From the NCBI GenBank assembly GCA_963693365.1, contig CAVNZM010000012.1, forward strand, positions 2,108,001-2,172,000: 64,000 bases of DNA. Reading direction: 5' to 3'. The translations under genes and the position numbers were made by a program. Origin of the DNA: Amoebidium appalachense (lineage: Eukaryota > Protista > Ichthyosporea). Shown one piece after another: positions 1 through 33,749 of this stretch (positions within the stretch are counted from its first letter, which is position 1; each line of letters starts with the position of its first letter). Below the pieces are notes generated by a model. The model saw only the letters and a list, made by a program, of their open reading frames with translations. It did no database searches and had not been told where the DNA came from.

Positions 1-2706
<2,706 letters not shown>

Positions 2707-3298
2707 CGCGCAGAATTACAAACCGAAAAGCTATACGCACTAGGCTTTACTATACCACGGCTAGGTGGGCTTCATCCCCGTGCACTGCGGCTTGGTGCCC
2801 ATGTTATAGAAATCGGCCGTGGACTAACCTCTCTAAGGGTAACCAGATCATAGCACCATGCCTCTATGATGGGTAGGAGGTTAGCAAGAGGCGAGCGCAA
2901 GATATGTCTCTGCAATTTACACGAAGGGCCCTGTCTAGGTATGTCCATGAGAAAGCGATGTTCCTTGTGAATGCCCACACCGCGTGGATTAATCTTAGTA
3001 AAGGTTGCTACGAGCAGCACAACTGGCTACTTGCCGTATACAGGCAGCATGTTTCCCCTCCAGATGTTAACGGTGATGTACGAGTAGTACAGTCGTGCTT
3101 GTAAAAACGGGGAGAGTGACTCAGAGTCAGGTTCGAAGGAGGCCGGAGCACACCGTTCCTGAATTTGCAAGAAAATCACGATACATAAATAGCCTTATAT
3201 GGCTTATGGATTACTCAACTGGGTGCGTAGTGTTATTTGATTGGTCTAAACTGCACCGTCAGGAATGCACCCGCTGGGTTGTTTGGCAAGTTGTTGCT

Positions 3299-3676
3299 CA
3301 GGGATGCATCCGGTCAGTCGGCCCGACCCAGTACCGGCCGGTCACCAGGTCGGTCGGTCGACCGAGCACATTTTGGCCGATACCCGGAAGCCAAATAGAT
3401 ACCCGGCCGGGTCGGCCCGTGACCGGCTCGGCCCGGGGTCAAACCCCGGCGGGGGTCCGCTCTCTCGGCCTAAGTGACTAAGACACAAACTGACTGACAC
3501 ACTACACGCACACACAGTCACACCGTGACGTCACAGCGAGTGGCACACACACACACACATGACAACCGTTGCACACACACACACACACTGTACACACACG
3601 TGCACGCACACACACACACGCACACAATTGAAAGACACGCCCACATAAACATACATACACACACACCGTGACACAC

Positions 3677-3736
<60 letters not shown>

Positions 3737-3963
3737 ACACACACACACAGTCACACACACAATGCTCGCTTGCTCACCACGGTATTACGTACAACTCTGC
3801 AGAGAACTCCCGAGGTTTTTATGCCGGTCGGCCCGATGACCGACCCGGTTCGGAACTTGCGCGACCAATGACCGACCGACCTGGGGTTTTGAGTTTTCGT
3901 AACCGACCCGACAATATTGAAACCCGACCGGGACCGGCCCGTGAAACTTTTGGTGCATCCCTG
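3299..3963. mobile_element. hAT-like non-autonomous element (MITE)
   Basis: Terminal inverted repeat CAGGGATGCA...TGCATCCCTG. Both GC/CpG-rich arms carry many CCGAC/GTCGG/ACCGG subterminal motifs, and the core is (CA)n-rich. No exact 8-bp TSD; TGTTGCT occurs on both flanks but is offset by 4 nt on the right. Confidence 0.65.
3525..3534. promoter_or_regulatory. Perfect CRE palindrome GTGACGTCAC
   Basis: Exact TGACGTCA inside the MITE, about 820 bp upstream of the HRI-like ATG. TGACTCA at 3117-3123 and a CCAAT (ATTGG) near 3240 are also present. Confidence 0.3.
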
Positions 3964-4502
3964 TCAATGTTGCTCCTGCTTGTAACTGTTACAGCTTGTT
4001 TGCTTGTGCGCCTCAAGCAGGCTTTTGTGTCTGCACGGCGCGGTGCGCGTGAGCTTGAGCGTGTGTGCGTGTGGCATGTCCTGCGAGTGTGTGCGTGCGT
4101 GTGCGCGAGCGTGCATGTGTGTGTGTGGGTTTGTGTGTGCAACCGTGCACATGTGTGTGTGTGTGTGTAATGTGCGTGTGCGTTTGTGTGCGTGTACTCG
4201 CGCGCGCGTGTGCGTGTGCGAATGTGTATGCGTGTGTGCCACGGCATGTGTGCACACCATACTGAGACATGTCTGTGTATGTGTGTAGGCGTACATGTAG
4301 GCTGGTGCGTACACTGCCACATGCACAGACAGGCAGCAAAGGGTTGGGCGTGGTAAACGCTTTAAGAATTGGGTTCGGACTCCTGCATGATATTTCTTTA
4401 AACTTTTTTCGTTTCCTTTTTTTTCCATTCTTTTTCACCATTCTTTTTTTTTTTTTTTTTTTTTTGTAGGGGGGCAGGGGGGGGGGGGGGGGGGGGGATG
4501 TC

Positions 4503-4608
<106 letters not shown>

Positions 4609-4623
4609 GGAGGGGAGAGGCGG

Positions 4624-4657
<34 letters not shown>

Positions 4658-4854
4658 GGCAGAGGCAGATTTCATTTGTTAGTTCCAGCCACCCTCTAGG
4701 GGGGGTCATGTATTTATCATTCGTTCTGCACATTGTTTGCTCTATTTATAGCATACATATTTGTGTTACCTTTGCATACGACATGTCTATTCTGCAATAT
4801 CCATATGGTATGATTTACCGACATAATGCAATTGAACATATCTGGTTGAGATAT

Positions 4855-13920
<9,066 letters not shown>

Positions 13921-14772
13921 CGCTCAAACCTCCTTTGTATACCCACACTTAATACACCACTTTTTATACAGAGGTCCTATGTTCGGTTGGTCAATTAGAA
14001 GGTTAAAGGAGGGAACCTGAGATCTAGACGGGTGCAATTGATACGCAACTCTCTCAAGTTTACTCCGCGCCGGCCCAACTTCTCTTCTTTTTTTTGTGAC
14101 GGTATGTCACGGTCCTCGTGTGACGGAATTTTTCCCCACAAAAGTCTACAAATGTAGACTCTCAAAGCTGATCTCGAAGAATAAGTAAAAGTTGTAACGA
14201 CGTCATGTAGGACACTTGGTGAAGCTACGCACCATCGATACCAGCTGCGCCAATCATTCATGACTGACCGAACTACAACCTAATCTTCGAGTGCCAAGAA
14301 AGAAAATGAAAGCAAAAAAAAAAGAAAAAACGATTTCACATATTTTGGGATTCGACTAGCACCATAGAATTGGAAGGTGTAATGGTTGACAAGTTATGTT
14401 TGTGCCTTTCGCACATGCGGGTGCTCGGACGTGCACCGTGACGTGCCGTGACCCACAACACATGCATGTACACATGCACACACAGTGCGTACACGACGCA
14501 CGCACACATACACCTACACACACACACGCACGCACGCACGCAAACACATACACCAAAACACACACAGTAACACACACAGACACACACAAACACACAGAAA
14601 TACACACACAAACACCCGGATACTCACTCTGTGACGCTGGCACGCACGCACGAACACGAACATGCATCCTCGACACTTAATCGAGGTATGCGCACACACA
14701 AAGCGCACATGTGCACATCTTGACACGCACATGAACACCAGCTGCACACCAGCGCGCGCACACACACCGTGC

Positions 14773-14826
<54 letters not shown>

Positions 14827-16430
14827 CAGATCACGCACACACACGCTTGCCCACAGTCACGGACTAGTCACTAGTCGTACCTCGCAGCTCGAACAACAAC
14901 ACCACGTTCAGGGGCTTCAACACTTTCGCATTTTTCATGTAAATCCCGCCGTATTCTTTGTTGGCAACCCAAACCCATTACCCGCCAAGTCATTTCGGCA
15001 GCCTGAGTCCGGCACGCGGGCGGCCACTCTGCCAAACTTGCGTTTGAGTGTCAGGCTCTTATCGGCACCGCTTCTTTATACACACCAATAAGATTTGACA
15101 TAAATAGCCAAATACAGGTAATCTGATGGCGCTCTTTTCTTTTCGTCCAATCGTTAGTGAGTTCTCTCAACTTCTCTACCTGGTGCTGTGCATGGCCGCC
15201 ACGGAAGGGCACAAAATCTTCTCACAGGTGACCAGACCGAACAGTATCATTTTTCGCAGTGCCCCAACACGAAGACTAGGCGCGTGGTTCATGTGGTCTT
15301 CATTTTTGTTACAAAATATTATCCACGCATTTGCAGAAGCAAAAAGTGGTGCTTTTTCCATGTAGTTTGTGAGGGTTCATTTTCTTTGCCTGCTTTGGCA
15401 GCAACACCCATTTTATGTTCGGAGTAAATCAGTTAAACAAGAGAAAGAAATTACAGAGATAGGGTAAGAAGGCTTGTTGCAAGTTTGCAGAGGAACGAAA
15501 TAGAGAAGTAAAACGCCATTTCAATCGTCGAAGTGCGTTGTATTTTTGTTTGGCGTTCTGTGGCTGGTGGAGCTGACTTGAGACATCTTGACAACGTAAG
15601 AAATGGTGGTGGTAGGTAGTGTGCAATTCCATGGGGATGTAGGAAACAAGCCAAGATGCACTGGAAAAAAAATATTGTGTTGTTTTTTCTTTTTTTGCTT
15701 TTTTGTGTGTTTGTGTGTATGCGCGCGTGTGTATGTGTACGTGTGTGTGTGTGTGTGTGTGTGTGTGGTGGGTCTGTGTGGGTCTGTGGTTGCAATTGTG
15801 TGGGTTGATGTATGGGTGGGTGCGTGGGTAGGTGCGTGTGTGTGTGCGAGGGTGTGTGTCTGTGTGTGTAGTGTGGGTGGTGAGTGTGTGCGCGCGCGAT
15901 TGTTTTGCATGTGTGAAGATACTTGAACTGCTTGCTGAACCTAGCCTAGAGTTAGTGTGTCAGGTGGCAAACATACTGTGCGATTTCGTGCAAGTGTGTG
16001 AGCTTGTATGCATATGTGTGGCGTTCATGTGTGCGTATTTGTGCGCCCAGGTTGGTAATCATGCGGGCAGGGGCGAGCGGTGGTCGGACGTGTGCACGTG
16101 TTTGTATGCGTCAACTTTGGTGTGATCTTTTTTTTTTTTGAGAGTGGGTGTCTCTTGGTGCTTCTTGTGTATGTGTGTGGGCGTGCAAAATGTGTGCAAG
16201 GACACTTGCGCGTTTTTGTGTTAACGTTGAGCAACAATGTCTGCCTTGCAGGTAAGTCATGATGCAGGTGTGTTTCTGTATGTTGATGTGGTGTCTGTGT
16301 GTTGGTGTGTCAGGAAGTTATTTAAACAATATGTGCGAGACGATCTGTGTATGGGCATATCCATATCCCCTCATATGATTCCTGGGTTGTCGTGATCACC
16401 TCTACATAATTTGATGTTTTCACACAGGCG

Positions 16431-24687
<8,257 letters not shown>

Positions 24688-24994
24688 TTGGCACGTTAAA
24701 TATCAAAATATATATTACAGTATGTAAAGATGGTTTTTTTGTTTCTTTTTTGGATACGCAAGTGATTGGGATATCATGGAGAGTTGTGAAATTGTCGCTA
24801 TCACGACATATGTAGCACTTCAGCTGTTGGAATGGTTGTTTAACACTTAAATGTGTTTTTGGAGGTGACTGCTATGGCAGTATTTGCTTGTGGGTAGAAG
24901 AAACGTAGGTACAATTGCGCCTTTCCAACAGTACTTTATGACTACTATTCCTTCTTTCTTCCCCCCCTCCCCCCCCCTTCCCCACACACACACA

Positions 24995-25153
<159 letters not shown>

Positions 25154-26189
25154 CTTTTTTCCCCCTCCCTGTTCATGTCTCGCTCAGTTGTTGTTGAATG
25201 CTCTGTGTAATCGGAGGTGTGACGCCGTGGTGATGGAATGCCCAAAAAAAAGTGCAGTGCGCATATCTAATATAGATATGCTGGGTGACATTTTCAGGCA
25301 GGTAGGAGCTTTAAAAGTTAATATTGGAAAACCATATGCAGTCTTGTAATTTTTTGTCGTTCTTATGAAGGTAGAACTAAACGCTGGGTGTCACTGATTT
25401 GTATAGCTCGATTTCATTATTTTTCAAGTAAACATGGCTGGCCTCTAGTTACATATCGATGTGGATGAGTGGTGGGATGGAATATTGTATCGCTTGTTCT
25501 GGGGAGATTCCGTTTGCAAGCTACCAACAGAGCATATAAACCCGGTAGTTACCTGTGTATGTTTTCTTTGAACAGGCATATACCTGGGTATGTATACGTA
25601 CCGGACCGTGATGTGCTGAGAATGATGTATGTGCGTGTGTGTGGAAGGGTAAATAAAGTCGGTAGATGTTTGGTTTTGTGAAGCGCAGCTGCAGTTGTAC
25701 ACTTGACAATTGAGCACCCGGTATTAGACGTATACGACCACTTGCTTCCCTCTTTCGATTACCTGCTCGATGTTATCCCCCCCCCCCCCTCCCCCCCCCC
25801 CCCCCCCCCCCCCCCACCCACCCACACACACACACACGAACACACACACACGTGTACATGTACACATATCAAGACACGTGTACACATGCACACGCACATG
25901 GGAATCGGACACACTGGTCCAGGCTGCTAAAAACCAGTTAAGTTACTGTGGTATTGTTTGCAGACAATCACATGTTTTATTAGTACAAGCCTTGGATGCC
26001 TCGACAGCTGACAGTAGTTTACAGTAGCTTACAGTACCCTCGACAGCTTATAGTAGTTTTAAAAAACCTATCAAAAACAATTGCAAACAGGAGCTGCAGG
26101 GGAAACCGTGTTTTATTGCTTACTCTACATGGTTTACACCCAGTCAGTCCGGGTCAGCGACCTCCTAGGTTCTCTCGTATTTATATCTA

Positions 26190-26515
26190 TCATCTGCGTA
26201 AAAAATTCTACTGTGCACACAATCCACACACGTTTGTGTGTACAGACGGAGACATGTACAACCTCTCAGTTAGCTTCTCTTCTACTTAACTATCATCCCA
26301 GGAATTATTATATCCATCGTACACACAGACGGTCAAGCAATACGGAGCTACACAAGCGTATGAGTGTACAGGCAGAGACATGACAAAGCACCACATATTA
26401 GCTAATAGCTTCTATCATATCCTACATCATCCCGCAAATTTCTACTGTAAACAGTTAAGCAATACTCGGAGCTCCACGCATATGTGTGTGTACAGACAGA
26501 GACATGTTATAACAT
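26190..26515. repeat. Degenerate tandem repeat, about 125-nt period, three units
   Basis: GTGTACAG(A/G)C(G/A)GAGACATG recurs near 26238, 26363 and 26488, with shared CATC, TTCTACTGT and AAGCAATAC..GGAGCT blocks. Confidence 0.7.
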
Positions 26516-26943
26516 TTTCACAATATGTGTGAGTGCATATGCATACGATCCAATGACACAGGTTCGTTTTGTGGTAGCGTGTCATCCATGTTTAGATCGG
26601 AACGGGGCACAGTATCTGGTATGTGTCTGTGTACCTATATCTGCAGGTGCTTGCGGGTCGTCGATATATTAGCGCAAAGGAGGCATGGGGGGCTGATGGG
26701 GCAGTACACATGTGCAGAGTATATAGATGGTCATATCGTTGCACGCTGCTCTCCCAATCAATGTCTTCTGCTATTCTTCAAACCACACACATTATCTCAG
26801 AGCCCAGCCCAGCTTTGTAATTTTATGGCTATAACTTAAGCGATCCAGTTTTCGAAAAAAAACTTGTGTGTGGGGTGTGCGTGTGCGTGCGTGCGTGCGC
26901 GCGCATGTGAGTGAGTGAGTGTGTGTGTGTGTGTGTGTGTTCT

Positions 26944-26977
<34 letters not shown>

Positions 26978-26981
26978 TAGT

Positions 26982-27454
26982 CTAAGCTTGTGCTACTCTG
27001 CACTGTTTCTTTTGTGCTTTCCAGTCAGCCCTCCGACACTCGAGCTCCTTCCCGCAGTAGCTGGGCCCTTGACATGCCGAACACTTTTTCAGCGCAATTC
27101 CAAATCCTGCTTTCCTGTTGCACGTTGCACATTCCTCCGCAAATTTTCGCACCTGTCGTAACCCCCCCGTGTCTCTTGTGCTCGTCTGTGCCTCCATATC
27201 CCCCGTTGCTTTGGAAATCAGCGTTCGCTGGTCTGCCGATGAATCAATCAGCTCAAACAAGTCGCCAAGCCCAAGATCCACCCGCAGCAGCTGAAGTGTG
27301 TGTGTGCGTGTGTATGTGTGTGTGTGTGTGTTGGGGGGAGGGGGGGGGGGGGGGAGGGGGGAGGATGGGGAGGGGGTGTGGGTGTGGGCTGGAAGGACGG
27401 GGGGAGGATGAATCAGGGAGTTGTGGGTTTGGGTGTGTGTGCGTGTGTGTGTGT

Positions 27455-27485
<31 letters not shown>

Positions 27486-29325
27486 TAAGGAGAGTGAAAG
27501 AGATAGCTTTAGGGACAGGGGAGGAAGGAACGAAGAGGGGGGGGGGGGGGGGGGGGGGAAGGAAGCAGGCCAAAGAAAATGAAGAAGAACGAAGAACAAA
27601 AGTTAGTAGGGTGAATGAGGGACAAAGGTATTTGGTGGGGGAAGAAACAGTGGGTGAGCAAGTGTGTGTGCTTTGGAAGGGAAGATGAATGGGGTGGGGA
27701 ACATCATGCACCAAAGTGAAGCACAAAGACATGGGGTGAGAAACGTGGGAGTACGGCAGAACCTGGTGTGGGGTAAATTAAAGAGAAGGCGGGGGGTTTT
27801 TTTTTTTTGGGGGGGGGGGGGGTTAGAATGTGTCGGACAGTACGAAGTACAGATCCGTAATGGAAAACACGATGCAGAGTGCAAAACTACACATCAGAAG
27901 CAGTGCCCATCCTCAGAGAGGGGGAAGAAGGGGGGGGGGAAGTTGTCGAGCCTTGGAATTACTCCAGTACACAGAGATTGGCCGAACACAGTTAGCTCTG
28001 TGGTTGAATAGGCTAACAGTATGTGTGTGTGCAAGGGCTGGTAGATAAATGTTCTGTTGCTGTTGTGGAGAAGTGGGAGAAGGGGGAATTACCTGGACTC
28101 AAGGGGGGGGAGGGGGGGGGGGGAGGAGGAGGAGGGGGTGGTAAATGTCACAAAAGATTTGGGTACCTTTTTTTTTTTTAACCCTAAGAATGGATATGGT
28201 TGGTATGGTCAAAGGTATAAAAAACACACACGACTGGCACAACAAACTTGATAAAAAGCGGGTGACTGGGTAAAAACAAAACAACGTGATACCAGACAAG
28301 GAACCAAAAAACAACATATTTGGCTTGCACGCCGTTGAAAAAAAGAAAGAAAAAAAAGAAGAAGAAAAGTGCACAAATAGATAGGGAGTAGCAAATTCAC
28401 CCACCTTGAGCAGGCATTTCATTCGCTCATAACTCAGAGCCGCCACCACCAGCCTAGCCTCTCCCCTTTCCAGTCCAACTTGGCCAAAATTGATGTATCC
28501 CATTTGTCTTTTCATGATGGGCCTTATGCCGAAGAAAAACCAGAGATTAGACGCCGGTCGCGAGTAGAGGGAGGGGCAGCGGTTGAGGCGATTTTTCAGT
28601 TCCTGTGATTGGTTAAATGGGGGGGGGGGGGGGGGGGGGGGGGATAGAGGAGTGAGAGTATGAAAGGATAAGTATCACACACGTGTGCTTGTAGGCGGCC
28701 GGGGCGCCCGGAGGGGTGGGGGGGGGGGGGGGGGGGGGAAGGCTGCTCTTTAAGATATGTTACAGAGTAAGAGGGACACATTCACGACGGAAAATAAAAT
28801 GAACCGGAGGGCTACAACCACCACACAAAGACAAGTATACACACGCACATAACTGCACACCCACCCTCCCACCCACACGTCAAATTCTGCTGTCTGTCCG
28901 ACGGTCCCACCTTATCTCAACGCCAGTATCATGACCTCCCTCCCACCACCCCCCCCCCCACCCCCCCCCCCCACCCCCACCCCCCTCCCCCCAACACCCA
29001 TTCACACTTTTTTTTTAAAAAAGAAAAAAGAAGAAGAAGAAGAAAAGAAAAGAAAAATGAACCTTCCAAAAGCATGGCCACTTATTGGTGCAAATATTTA
29101 CCTGGCTATCTCCAATCACCCTAAACACTGCCTTCTGGGGGGCCATCTCGGAATATGTCCACGGATTCTCTGATGGCTTCAATACAGGGGGGTTAAGTAT
29201 CTTTTCGTCACCGGGATAGTTTCTCACAATTGTTGGGAGGGTCGATGCGTGTTTGTGGCAGTTTTCGAACGATGTGCCTGAGCCACACATGCAGGGTTCA
29301 GTGTCGTCTTCAACAACGATCTGTG

Positions 29326-29400
<75 letters not shown>

Positions 29401-29869
29401 TGTGTGTCTGTGCGCATGGGTGTGTGTGTGTGCCTGCCTGTGATCGCGTGTCTGTGCACATGTACACGTGTCCGGTGGTTAACTGGGGAGTGAAAGAATA
29501 TTCATGGAGCGTATTAGTGGCATCCCAATCGTTTTTTTCCGGCTTCTGTTGTCTAGCAACCGAAGGGAGAACTGCCCGTGAGTGAAAAAGGTGGGGAGGG
29601 GGAAGTGGGGGGGATTGTTACAGAGTACCAAGCACATATTTACGACTGACAACATCATGCAGGTTATTCAGACCATACACAGAGACGGCATCACAATTAG
29701 AGCCCATCCAGGACCTAAGTCATCCACCGTACCCTAGTTTCGACCCATTCACCTCACACACACGAAACCCAACTCAGGTACTGTTTCACTTGAACATGTG
29801 TGGGTCACCCGTCTTGATCAGAGACCAGCAGGGTTACTTATGTGAGAAGATGTTACATGCAAGAGCCAT

Positions 29870-29911
<42 letters not shown>

Positions 29912-30560
29912 GAGGGGAATGAGGAATTTATTGGTATGTAGGAGAGGATAGAGGGCTAGCTAAGGGGAGGGACTGTACTATCGGTTGCTTAGGCCGTATA
30001 AGTCATAAAAACAGCAAAGAAAAATGCAAAGGGTGAATGACTCGATAGCTTGAGTAGGGAATACCTAAAAGGTCAAGGAAATAACAACGGCAAGGTGGGA
30101 AAGGTGGGTGGGGGGGGGGGGGGGGGGTGACATCAATTGTATATTGAAAAAAATGACGTTGCCTTACCTCCTCTGTCATATGAATCCCCTCTGAGCCGCC
30201 TGGCTCAGGAAACAGGGAGTTGTAGCACTGGAAAGCCGCGAACTTGTTTTGATTTAAAATTCTGACAGAGCCGGAGATTGTGCCTGGCTCCTGTGTCTCC
30301 ATCTGATCGAGAAAGTGCATGTGGTGCGTGGTTTTGACTTCAATCTGCTGTGCGCAAAGTTGTCCACGTGTGGTTGTGAAAATGATTGTTCCGTTTGCTT
30401 TTGCCTCTGCGTAATTGCTTGCGTAGTCTTTGAACTGGGGTAAACCGTCGCGGAATTCGGGCGGCATGGGTGCCAGGCTGCAGTCGAATGTGAGCTGTGT
30501 GTGCACGTGTGCGTGTGCGTGTACTGCGGGGATGTCGATGGTGGGAGGGGCGGGGCGGGG

Positions 30561-30594
<34 letters not shown>

Positions 30595-30698
30595 GGGGGG
30601 AGGGGGGAGATATTGGATGACGGACGTAAGGGGTGAAGTGTAAGGGGTAAAGAACTGTTATTTTGTGTGTGCATGCATGGTTGTGGTACTGGTGGAAA

Positions 30699-30740
<42 letters not shown>

Positions 30741-31568
30741 AAGGGGGGGGGGGGGGGGGGGGGGGGGCAATGTGTGATTAGTTGTCCACGGGTGTGTGGG
30801 TTCGGCGACAGTGGCAGGCGGGAGTGGTGGGGGAAAGGGGCAGGGGGAGAGGGGAGGAGGGTCCGGGGGGAAAGGTGGGGGGGGGGAGGGGAGGTGGGTA
30901 ATTGAAGAACAAGGTAGGTAGGAAACATGAGGGAGAGGGAGAAGAGACTGTGTGTAGAGTAGGGGAAACATTGCACAGTGGTAGAGAAAGTCGGGGAGAG
31001 GGGGCAGAAACCGCTACCGTGTACTTGTGTGTAGGCGGATCCACGTGCATGTTTCTGTGTCTGTACACAAATGTTTGTGTGTCAGTTGAATAAAGGTGTG
31101 CTGTGCATACATGTAACGGGGATAACATGAGAGAACGTGTGATCGTCTTAGAAGAACCGGGGGCATGCAAGGAATAATTGGATTGGGGGAAGTGATGGAT
31201 GATGGGGCAGGGTATAGGTACCCGTTTTTTTTTTTTTTTTTTTTTGTTTTTTTTTTTTGGGGGGGGGGGAGGGGGAGGGGGGGTTCTTTCTGTGGGTGGA
31301 ATGTGGAAAGGACCAATGTGATTAATCGTGAATGTTGTGGTGTGTTGCAGCACAGGAAGAAACATACAATGTAGCTCTACGTCACATTCGGGTAACAGGC
31401 TGAACGTGGCCAAAGATGTATGCATCTGCATATCAATACACTGGTTGGATTGGACAGGCAGGCGGGCTGGCGGGCAGGGGGAGAAGGGGGGTAGGAGGGG
31501 GGAGGGGGGGGTTGGTGCAAAGTACAAATTCACGAGTAATATAATGTGGATCATAGGGTGGGGGTGCG

Positions 31569-31600
<32 letters not shown>

Positions 31601-31718
31601 AACCTGGTTGCCGTGAGGCAGAATGGATGTCATCACGCAGGCGGGGAGATTTTTCACCTCTAATAAGCCACTCATATTAGTCTTCATTAATGTGTCGGTC
31701 CCTCCCGCAACACAATAT

Positions 31719-31720
<2 letters not shown>
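26982..31720 (-). CDS. SEC-C motif / MYND-finger protein, paralogue A (no homologue of exons 1-2 found)
   Basis: Exons 31720-31604, 30494-30168, 29545-29438 (donor uncertain), 29320-29102, 28602-28405, 27290-26982, all phase 0 and stop-free. SEC-C-like [14 protein letters not shown]; MYND CATC...CSAC...YCGKELEC...DWKAQKKQC. Exon structure matches paralogue B. Confidence 0.75.
27822..27920 (-). mobile_element. Intronic repeat family copy
   Basis: On the plus strand: G-run, then GTTAGAATGTGTCGGACAGTACGAAGTAC...CATCAGAAGCAGTGCCCATCCTCAG. Confidence 0.65.
29616..29845 (-). mobile_element. Intronic repeat family, long copy
   Basis: Shares GAGCCCATC, AAGTCATC, AGTTTCGACCC, CCAACTCAG and GGGTCA(A)CCCGTCTTGATCA.AGAC.AGCAGGGTT.CTTATG with 7893-8040. 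Confidence 0.7.
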
Positions 31721-31781
<61 letters not shown>

Positions 31782-32039
31782 CTGCACGTGTGTGTGCCGG
31801 TGTGGATGCATGGGAGCCTGTCGGTGCTTTCGTGCACGTGTGTGCATGTTTTTTTGTCTATGGCAGGACATACGTGGCTTGGCGCTCCCATAGAAAGGCA
31901 GTAGATGGTTGCGGGAAATAAAAGGGGCATGAGAGGAGGGAGGTTGGTTGGGGGGGGGGGGGGGGGGGGGGTTGGTTGGTTGGTTGGTTGGGGGGAGGGG
32001 GGGGGGGAGGGGGGGGGGGAGAAAATCACACATGATCAA

Positions 32040-32139
32040 CGCGCAAACGACAGCCAAAATGTTTGCATCTGCACTCAATGTAGTGATTGGTGCATACAGA
32101 GTGGGATGAGAATGGGTGGGTGGGCGGAAACGAAAGATT

Positions 32140-32176
<37 letters not shown>

Positions 32177-32281
32177 GCGCTGGTATTCAAAGAAAGATGT
32201 AGGGGGTGATTTAACCTGGTTGCCGAGGGGGCACAGGGGGCAGCCAGCAAATCTAAACTGGAATGGGGACAAGAGCCCCAC
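32040..32281 (-). pseudogene. Remnant duplicate of the exon-3 end, donor and downstream intron of the SEC-C/MYND gene
   Basis: CCCCTCGGCAACCAG|GTTAAA (PLGNQ) matches the exon-3 ends of paralogue A (PHGNQ|GTTACC) and B (PLGNQ|GTTAAC). 32052-32100 is homologous to intron sequence 31407-31460. Confidence 0.6.
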
Positions 32282-33154
32282 CTGGCGGTCTAACTATTTG
32301 TATTATGTTCCTACCAAACAAATCCAGCCCCTTTTTGCATCCCTTCTCTTCTAAGTTTGTGTTTTCGTGGGTGCTAGTTAATCCCCTCGCAGGGCCCTCG
32401 TTGGATGGGCCTTGTTTTTTTTTACAGGAAATGTGTTAGCTTTCTTTTAATACTATGTAGATAGAGTTGTGTTTCATGATCACCCTCCTATGTTTCCATT
32501 TATAAATAGCTTCCTTTCAAGTTTCGCGGTCCTGACGTCAAGCGACATAATTATTGATTGTTTCCTCTAGGGTTTCACGGTTGCAAGAGGTGTCTGCAGC
32601 CAAGGTTTCGGCCGTTTCGGTTGGATTTCTTTTGGATATCATCTAATAATATAGAGTGCCTTCTCGAGTGTGCCTTCCACTCGATCCAGGTGTGTGTGCA
32701 CGACAAGTGTGTGCTGATATGTTTGTTGCTGACAGTGTGTGTAGAGCTCCTTTGTCGCCACCGTGTTGTTTTTTAATGTATGTGTACACGTTAATTGTGC
32801 GGTCCAACCGTCATTGCTCTTTATTTTTTAATGTGCACCTTATCATAAACTATCAACATACAAATGCAGCCGTTACGACAACGTGGGGCCAATTATCACA
32901 GTAAGCACACCAAGTATTGAATCACAATTTCGTTTTTGCACTGTACTGCATCAATAGACTACTACAGAAAGTATTGCTGACCCGGGCAGCCAAACTAGCT
33001 GCTAGAAATGCCACGAAGATTGTTATGCCTGAAGTCGCTTGTTCAGAAACTGGCACATAGCTTGAATGGGGTTCTGTTTACTTTGAATAGCCGAATTCAA
33101 CTTACTAAGTTAGAATTAATCAAGGAGGAGCAAAGAGAAAGAAACTCTAAACTT

Positions 33155-33351
33155 ACATTTGGTATGTGAACGGTTCCCTTCATCATTGTCCATCATGGTG
33201 TCTTTTTACTTCTCTCTTTTGCACTTCATCCTAGCAACTACTAATAGGCTACATTTGGTATGTGAATGGTTCCCTTCATCATTGTCCATCATGGTGTCTT
33301 TTTATTTCTCTCTTTTGCACTTCATCCTAGCAACTACTAATAGGCTATACA
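33155..33351. repeat. 96-bp direct tandem duplication
   Basis: ACATTTGGTATGTGAA...CTACTAATAGGCT occurs twice with only two substitutions. Confidence 0.95.
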
Positions 33352-33614
33352 TAGTCAAGGGAAAATATTGCGGAGCACTCACGTGCACCACATACAACTT
33401 AGCATGTGCAAATATAGACATGCATGACAGTGGTGTATGAGTGTGTCTGCCTGTGCAACCCTCCAGTTACATGCTTTCTTCTTGCTGTGAGTGTGGTGTA
33501 ACTGGTCATCAGGAAAATAAATTCTTTTTTCTTCTTTCTTTTTTTCTTCCTAAAGCTTGCAGTGGGTTTTTCTTTTTTTATTGCTGTTTATTATATTTTT
33601 ATTTCTTTATTCAA

Positions 33615-33681
33615 TGATTATTATTTTATTATATTATTGTTGTTGTTGTTGTTGTTGTTGTTGTTATATATATTATTATAA

Positions 33682-33749
<68 letters not shown>

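Noticed and set aside
29616-29857. Solo LTR (TGTTACA...TGTTACA after a purine run)
   Set aside because: No TSD, and other family copies do not share the right-hand end. Kept only as an alternative explanation for the repeat family.
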